Shown piece by piece: positions 31,215 to 37,512 of a stretch of 37,512 nucleotides of DNA. The stretch comes from Macrostomum lignano (Eukaryota). Under the pieces are notes generated by a model, which did no database searches, was not told where the DNA came from, and saw nothing but the letters and a program-made list of their open reading frames with translations. A program made the position numbers and the translations under genes. How positions within the stretch are numbered: position 1 is the stretch's first letter; each line of letters opens with the position of its first letter. Location: contig NIVC01002575.1 in the NCBI GenBank assembly GCA_002269645.1, forward strand, positions 1 through 37,512, given 5' to 3'.

Positions 31215-32659
31215 AATATTTCAATAAGGAGCCGAGCCAAGTCAATAATCAGCTCCCAAACTCTGCTGTTGCAGCGCCGCGCCTATTGCGCAATCCGCAA
31301 TCCCGGCAATCCGTGGGTTGTCCGGCAGCTCCGCGATGTTTACGTGCGCAAGGCCCGCTACGAGTCCTACAGATGCCGCAGCGCCTACAAATTGATGGAG
31401 ATGCACGAGAAGCTGAACCTCTTCCAGCCCGGCCAGTGCATTGTTGAGTGCGGCGCCGCTCCCGGCTCCTGGACTCAAGTGCTCGCTAGGCAGCTCAAAG
31501 GACCCCAGGTTTGCCTCATGTTTTTTATTACTATAGCTAACCTTATCTCCCGGCAGGCTTGCTTCTGTTCGTATTTTATTCATCGGGGTTGTAGCCTAGT
31601 GAGGGGTTGTAGCTTAGTGAGGGGTTGTAGCTTAGTGAGGGGTTGTAGCTTAGTGAGGGGTTGTAGCCTAGTGAAGGGTTGTAGCCTAGTGAGGGGTTGT
31701 AGCTTAGTGAGGGGTTGTAGCTTAGTGAGGGGTTGTAGCTTAGTGAGGGGTTGTAGCCTAGTGAAGGGTTGTAGCCTAGTGAGGGGTTGTAGCTTAGTGT
31801 GGGGTTGTAGCTTAGTGAGGGGTTGTAGCCTAGTGAGGGGTTGTAGCTTAGTGAGGGGTTGTAGCCTAGGGCTTGTAGCCTAGTGGTTAGAGCATCGGAC
31901 TTACGACTGAAATGTCGCTTGTTCGATTCCCGATCCCACTCGGAACGATTTGTATTTTTGAGCAAGACACTTAAGTCTGCATTGCTTCAGTTCATCCAGC
32001 TGTAAAATGGGGGCCAGCATCAACTGGGATAATTGTGGGTGTATGTGGAGTGTGGCGACCCCCAATCCTTGGACTGAACAGCCGTACTCAGCCTTCAGAT
32101 GCGCCGCTGTCGGTTGCACATCGGCCTAAAAATATAAACTGGAAATATTTTATTTTTGGGAGCTCAATTCAAGGTCATTGTCTGTCACTTTCTCAGTCTC
32201 CCCAACACATTCTACCAGGTTCCGGAGCCGGCTCGCAGCCAGGCCCTGATCGTAGCATTCGACCTTCAACACATCGCCCCAGTGCCGAATGCCGTCTGCC
32301 TCTCCGAGGTGGACATCCGATCTGCCCAGTGTCTGGCATCGCTGCGAGAAGCTCTGACGGACCGACCAGTCGATTGGGTGCTCTCCGACATGGCGCCGAG
32401 CGCTTCCGGCGAGCGTAGTCTCGACTCCGCCGTCTGCGTTGAACTCTGCGAATTGGCGCTTCAGCTGTGCCTTCGTCTGGGCCGGCCGGGCTCCGGCTTT
32501 GTCTGCAAACTTTGGGACGGCGCGGAGACCGCGCGCCTAGAGGCGCCGCTGCATCGATTCTTTACTGGTGGCGTGCGGCGAGTCAAACCGCCGGCTAGCA
32601 GGGGCGACTCAGCCGAGTTCTACTTTGTTGCCCGCGGCCTCCAACTGCCGTCTGCCTGA
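31215..32659 (+). CDS. MRM2: Mitochondrial rRNA 2'-O-methyltransferase MRM2 (FtsJ2/RrmJ family); start codon not located
   Basis: Exon ~31215-31508 (WVVRQLRDVYVRKARYESYRCRSAYKLMEMHEK...IVECGAAPGSWTQV), intron 31509-32218, and exon 32219-32659 (AFDL...VDWVLSDMAPSASG...GFVCKLWDG...VKPPASRGDSAEFYFVA). The K-D-K-E catalytic tetrad motifs and the SAM-binding GAAPG loop are present. The two exons encode 244 codons, matching normal MRM2 length. Confidence 0.93.
31585..31868 (+). repeat. 18-bp minisatellite GGGGTTGTAGC(C/T)TAGTGA, 15 full copies plus 1 partial, in the MRM2 intron
   Basis: Read directly. The unit equals the first ~18 nt of the adjoining tRNA-like head (GGGCTTGTAGCCTAGTGG). A 5-unit (90-bp) sub-periodicity is visible. 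Confidence 0.98.
31869..32135 (+). mobile_element. tRNA-derived SINE with CORE (MIR-like) central domain
   Basis: A box TAGCCTAGTGG (31876-86) and B box TGTTCGATTCC (31920-30) start 44 nt apart. TTGAGCAAGACACTTAAGTCTGCATTGCTTCAGTTCATCCAGCTGTAAAATGGGG (31958-32012) resembles the recalled MIR/CORE consensus. An unidentified 3' tail ends in an A-rich stretch at ~32128-32138. Confidence 0.75.
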
Positions 32660-32670
32660 CTGACTTGTGA

Positions 32671-33202
32671 GCGTGACTGGCACTCTTGAGTAGCTCTAGT
32701 GTGATCAGGCAGTGTGACTGGCACTCTTGAGTAGCTCTACTGTGATCAGGCAATGTGACTGGCACTCTTGAGTAGCTCTACTGTGATCAGGCAATGTGAC
32801 TGGCACTCTTGAGTAGCTCTACTGTGATCAGGCAGTGTGACTGGCACTCTTGAGTAGCTCTACTATGATCAGGCAGTGTGACTGGCACTCTTGAGTAGCT
32901 CTACTGTGATCAGGCAGTGTGACTGGCACTCTTGAGTAGCTCTACTGTGATCAGGCAGTGTGACTGGCACTCTTGAGTAGCTCTACTGTGATCAGGCAGT
33001 GTGACTGGCACTCTTGAGTAGCTCTAATAAGATCAGGCAGTGTGACTGGCACTCTTGAGTAGCTCTAATAAGATCAGGCAGTGTGACTGGCACTCTTGAG
33101 TAGCTCTAATAAGATCAGGCAGTGTGACTGGCACTCTTGAGCTCTACTAGGATCAGGCAGTGTGACTGGCACTCTTGAGTAGCTCCTATATGTAGGATCA
33201 GA
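32671..33202 (+). repeat. 41-bp minisatellite GTGTGACTGGCACTCTTGAGTAGCTCTACTGTGATCAGGCA, ~13 copies
   Basis: Read directly. It begins about 12 nt after the MRM2 stop codon. Confidence 0.98.
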
Positions 33203-33524
33203 CAGTGGGACTGGCATGGCACCCTTAGGGCAGTGGGACTGGCATGGCACCCTTAGGGCAGTGGGACTGGCATGGCACCCTTAGGGCAGTGGGACTGGCA
33301 TGGCACCCTTAGGGCAGTGGGACTGGCATGGCACCCTTAGGGCAGTGGGACTGGCATGGCACCCTTAGGGCAGTGGGACTGGCATGGCACCCTTAGGGCA
33401 GTGGGACTGGCATGGCACCCTTAGGGCAGTGGGACTGGCATGGCACCCTTAGGGCAGTGGGACTGGCATGGCACCCTTAGGGCAGTGGGACTGGCATGGC
33501 ACCCTTAGGGCAGTGGGACTGGCA
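33203..33524 (+). repeat. 28-bp minisatellite CAGTGGGACTGGCATGGCACCCTTAGGG, ~11.5 identical copies
   Basis: Read directly. It abuts the 41-bp array and shares CAGTG(T/G)GACTGGCA with it. Confidence 0.98.
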
Positions 33525-33927
33525 CTTCATGTTGTGAAGTCAGCGATAGACTGTTCTGTCAGCTTTTACGCTCGAAGACAGCAGCGACGAAATGCCATCA
33601 TTTGTTTCTTTACTATTCAGTCGCCTGTTTAAATTCGAATACATAAAGAGATTACTCTGCAATATCGAGTGCCATCTGTTATCAAAACTGGTAATTTTCT
33701 GATCAACTTTAACACACTGTCTGTATTCCAGCATTTCTATATTTAATTTAAATTTTAGTTTTTGTGTGATTGAGCTTTTAGTTCTGTATAATTTGTAAAA
33801 TATAAAATTATTTGCATTTGTCTGGTATAAATTCAAACATTGGCGTAAACCTTTATTTTTATATATAATCCTAGGAATTTAAACACCTGTTGTGGAGGCA
33901 CCAAATAAAATAAGGCTATCACCGAAT

Positions 33928-35242
33928 GCATCTCAGCAATTCCCCCTTGAGCCTTGGCTTATCAGCAATTCCCTTGAGCCTTGGCTTATCAGCAATTCCC
34001 CCTTGAGCCTTGGCTTATCAGCAATTCCCCCTTGAGCCTTGGCTTATCAGCAATTCCCCCTTGAGCCTTGGCTTATCAGCAATTCCCCTTGAGCCTTGGC
34101 TTATCAGCAATTCCCCCTTGAGCCTTAGCTTATCAGCAATTCCCCCTTGAGCCTTGGCTTATCAGCAATTCCCTCTTCAGACTTTGGCATCTCAGCAATC
34201 TCTCCTCGAGCCTTGGCATCTCAGCATTCTCTCCTTGAGACTTGGGCATCTCAGCATTCTCTCCTTGAGACTTGTCATCTTAGCATTCTCTCCTTGAGAC
34301 TTGTCATCTTTGCATTCTCTCCTTGAGACTTGGGAATCTCAGAATTCCCCCTTGAGACTTGGGCATCTCAGCATTCCCCTTGAGACTTGGGCATCTCAGC
34401 AGTTCCCCTTGAGACTTGTCATCTTAGCATTCTCTCCTTGAGCCTTGGCATCTCAGCAATCTCTCCTTGAGACTTGGCATCTCAGCATTCTCTCCTTGAG
34501 ACTTGGGCATCTCAGCAAATCCCCTTGAGCCTTGGCTTATCAGCAATTCCCCCTTCAGACATTGGCATCTCAGCAATCTCTCCTTGAGACTTGGGCATCT
34601 CAGCATTCTCTCCTTGAGACTTGGGCATCTCAGCATTCCTTCTTGAGACTTGGGCATCTCAGTATTCTCTCCTTGAGACTTGGGCATCTCAGCATTCCCC
34701 CTTGAGACTTGGGCATCTCAGCATTCCCCCTTGAGACTTGGGCATCTCGGTATTCTCTCCTTGAGACTTGGGCATCTCAGCATTCCCCCTTGAGACTTGG
34801 GCATCTTAGCATTCCCCTTGAGACTTGGGCATCTCAGCATTCTCTCCTTGAGACTTAGGCATCTCAGCATTCTCTCCTTGAGACTTGGGCATCTCAGCAT
34901 TCCCCCTTGAGACTTGGGCATCTCAGCATTCCCCCTTGAGACTTGGGCATCTCAGCATTCTCTCCTTGAGACTTGGGCATCTCAGCATTCCCCCTTGAGA
35001 CTTGGGCATCTCAGCATTCCCCCTTGAGACTTGGGCATCTCAGCATTCCCCTTGAGACTTGGGCATCTCAGCATTCCCCCTTGAGACTTGGGCATCTCAG
35101 CATTCCCCCTTGAGACTTGGGCATCTCAGCATTCCCCCTTGAGACTTGGGCATCTCAGCATTCCCCCTTGAGACTTGGGCATCTCGGTATTCTCTCCTTG
35201 AGACTTGGCATATCAGCATCCCCCGCCCCCCGAGCCTTGGCA
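33928..35242 (+). repeat. 28-30-bp minisatellite GAG(A/C)CTTGG(G)CATCTCAGCA(A)TTCCCCCTT, ~45 copies, upstream of CHEK2
   Basis: Read directly. It is zoned: GAGCCTTGGCTTATCAGC units on the left, mixed units in the middle, and GAGACTTGGGCATCTCAGC units on the right. Confidence 0.98.
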
Positions 35243-35371
35243 ATTGCTTTAGCCCAGAGATTAGTGATTAAGTCCGACATAAAATCATGATCATTGCATA
35301 TCAGAATTGCCTAAGCATCTAGTCATATCTGAATAGCTCTGTTTCTGCTGCATGTTCCAAGCTTACCTGGC

Positions 35372-36419
35372 ATGTCAGCTCCGATTGTTGGCACCCAGGC
35401 TGTGGACGAGTTGGAAGAGGGCGGTGAGGCCGAGCAACTCGCCACCCCGCCAGACTGCTATGGTAGACTGTTCAGTCTGCGAGGTCATTTTGAGAATATC
35501 TGTGAGTTGTGATTGGTGGGGCAACAGTTCTTGGATATAAATACATTTTGTCAGGGAATATTGATTCTTAAAAATCGAAAACCAAAAAAGCTTATTCTTG
35601 AAAATTATAAATTTCAGAAAAGCTTTATATTTTTTAAAGAATTTTTCAAAATCTATTTATAAACGGAAATTTCAGCTTAAAAAATCAAAGTTAAGCGAGT
35701 TTGTTAAGCCATACCCAATGAATTTGGAGTAAGATACTCAAACTCAAAGCCATCAATAAGTGTTTACTTAGTAATTTAGCGTATGGAAAGTTCTACAGCT
35801 GTTTGTTTTACTGCATCCAATAAATCCAATATTCGCAGACTTGAAAGAGGACGAAAAAGTGGTGATTGGAAGGAACTTGAACTGCAGCCACGTTCTCAGT
35901 GTTTCCGACGATCCGCATCTACTGACTTATTCTCAGACGCACTTGGAGATTAAGCGGGTAAGTTAGCACATACATTATTACATTTATTTGACATTATTAT
36001 CCGGCCGAGACATAGCTTATAGTGCATGAAGAAATTGTAGGTTAAAGCTAACGACGGCTCGTTTCACACCCAGCTGAAGGACCTTAGTAGCAATGGCACG
36101 TTTGTTAATGGCCAAAAAGTTGGTAAGTTGAACTCTATTATTATCAACTACTTGTAGAATGCCTGCAAACACTGGGCTAGAAAATAATGCTTTTTTTCTA
36201 TCCGTCTTTAGGTCGCAATCGCTCTAGAGTGCTAGCCAATAATGATGAGATATCATTGGCAGTTAACACAAATAAAGCTTGGACCTATATAGAATTCGAT
36301 GCCATCCTGCAGAAACAGTATCCAGCCTGTGTTACCGAGCACTATACTGTGAGCAAGACTCTTGGCAGGTGAGGCTTCACTTGAGTATGTGATGGATGGA
36401 TAGATAAATAGATATAATC

Positions 36420-36488
<69 letters not shown>

Positions 36489-36979
36489 GTAGGTAGATAG
36501 ATAAAAAGGAGTGTTGACATTCTCCTAATAAATTTCAGCGGCGCCTTCGGCGAGGTGAAGCTGGTGTTCGAAACGGGCACCTGTCACCGGTACGCAATGA
36601 AGATCATTAGCAAGAAAGGCATGTCGTTGCCCACGGGACTCACGACGGATATGAGCATCCGCCGGGAGGTCAGCATCCTTCAGCAGTTGAACCACCCGAA
36701 CATTGTTCGAATCGAACGATTTTTCGATTCAAACGATCGAGTGTTCCTCATCCTGGAACTGTAAGCCTTCTAGCTACTTTGGTTGATTGATTAATACGAA
36801 TCTGACTAACCAGAAAGTGCAATATAGAGCTTGACCCGAAATGATCCCCCTTCCAAATCTTCGCAACCAGGGCGGAGGGTGGCGAACTTTTCGATCGAAT
36901 TACGTCTCAGCCGAATCAGAGCGGATTCGACAATGAGACTGCCAAATTCCTGTGCTACCAGATGGCGCAAGCTGTCAAG
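35372..36979 (+). CDS. CHEK2: Checkpoint kinase 2 (FHA domain plus N-lobe of the kinase); partial, continues beyond the window
   Basis: Exons 35372-35501, 35839-35957, 36041-36122, 36212-36368, 36539-36760 and 36871-36979 join in frame. FHA motifs: VIGRNLNC, YSQTH, LKDLSSNGTFVN. Kinase motifs: TLGSGAFGEVKL, YAMKIISK, REVSILQQLNHPNI, LILELAEGGELFDRI, AKFLCYQMAQAVK. Confidence 0.93.
36391..36503 (+). repeat. (GATA)n microsatellite, ~17 perfect copies plus GGAT/GGTA variants, CHEK2 intron 4
   Basis: Read directly. Confidence 0.99.
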
Positions 36980-37512
36980 GTGAGCGGCTTGGGGTTGATA
37001 CACTGGCAGGCACTTTGACTTTCTTGACTTAGCTGGAGGGCTCGCAGTCACACAGCTGTAAGGCGGCAGCCCCCTATTCCGCTAATCCCTGAAAGACCAA
37101 CAGTTGTAGTTACAATTTTGCAGTCACGCAGACAGAGTTTTGACAACAAGCTCAATAGGATTTAGAGCCTGACTTATCTCATTCAGGAGCTGAAATGTCA
37201 TGATCAAATGGTCATTCGAGATCACACTAGAGCATTGCGTTCTGTACGGCTGTAGAATCATTTAGGAATTCCATCGAGTCCGAACATCGAGTAGGACATT
37301 CAGCTCCGAGCCATGACTGGCTTTAGCAAAGGTCTGGATGTGTCATTGTGCACAGGGGAAGTTCAACTGCAGAAGCCGGTTCCTCATTTTCGAATCCTCA
37401 CAGAGTAGCTACATCGGCATCCTCAGAATCCAGCTCATTCTCCACAGAGAATTTTGCAAATTTGCTTTCCGAGGTAGTGGCACGGCAATGCAACACATCA
37501 AAAACAGCCAAA

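Noticed and set aside
31869-31940. Functional tRNA-Val(TAC) gene
   Set aside because: The acceptor, anticodon and T stems do not pair properly, and the sequence continues into a SINE core.
31576-31965. Minus-strand ORF with YNPSLS repeats, and the RGCSLV repeats on the + strand
   Set aside because: These are translations of the 18-bp intronic minisatellite.
33540-33836. Minus-strand ORF containing DNRWHS, faintly like the hAT TRWNS motif
   Set aside because: It is a single short motif in AT-rich DNA with no other transposase features.
34424-36580. ORFs 34424-34687, 34718-34921 and 36377-36580
   Set aside because: They are translations of the 29-bp minisatellite and the GATA microsatellite.
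37150-37512. Coding-like, stop-interrupted minus-strand sequence in CHEK2 intron 6
   Set aside because: It may be a decayed element but has no identifiable motif and is truncated by the window edge. The next CHEK2 exon (YLH...HRDLKPEN) is not in the window.
1-37512. SL RNA, snRNA, rRNA or hammerhead ribozyme genes
   Set aside because: A scan by eye found no convincing match. An Infernal/Rfam search would be needed to exclude them.

Overview
Eukaryotic (animal) genomic DNA with short GT-AG introns, in which about one third of the window is tandem minisatellite. That overall style suggests a free-living flatworm such as Macrostomum; this is inference only and cannot be confirmed here. Five spliced genes are recognisable. 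On the minus strand: an ABCA-subfamily transporter (5' half, ATG 5213, runs off the left edge, with at least 11 single-base run-length indels) and a class I fructose-bisphosphate aldolase (16301-7307) whose first coding intron holds a 6.3-kb 28-bp minisatellite. On the plus strand, in tandem: VPS45 (intact, 585 aa), the mitochondrial rRNA 2'-O-methyltransferase MRM2/FtsJ2, and CHEK2 (runs off the right edge). Mobile DNA includes an internally deleted Tc1/IS630-like transposon, a 1.5-kb element with terminal inverted repeats (TIRs), a tRNA-derived SINE with a CORE-like domain, and two further tRNA-like heads. The most interesting signals are three. (1) MRM2 has no usable in-frame ATG but has a phase-0 acceptor exactly where a spliced-leader AUG would give a normal-length protein with a mitochondrial presequence. 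(2) An 18-bp minisatellite is a 16-fold amplification of the Pol III A-box of the adjoining SINE. (3) Several ~28-bp minisatellites share core motifs and show higher-order structure. No CRISPR array, rRNA gene or intact tRNA gene was found.
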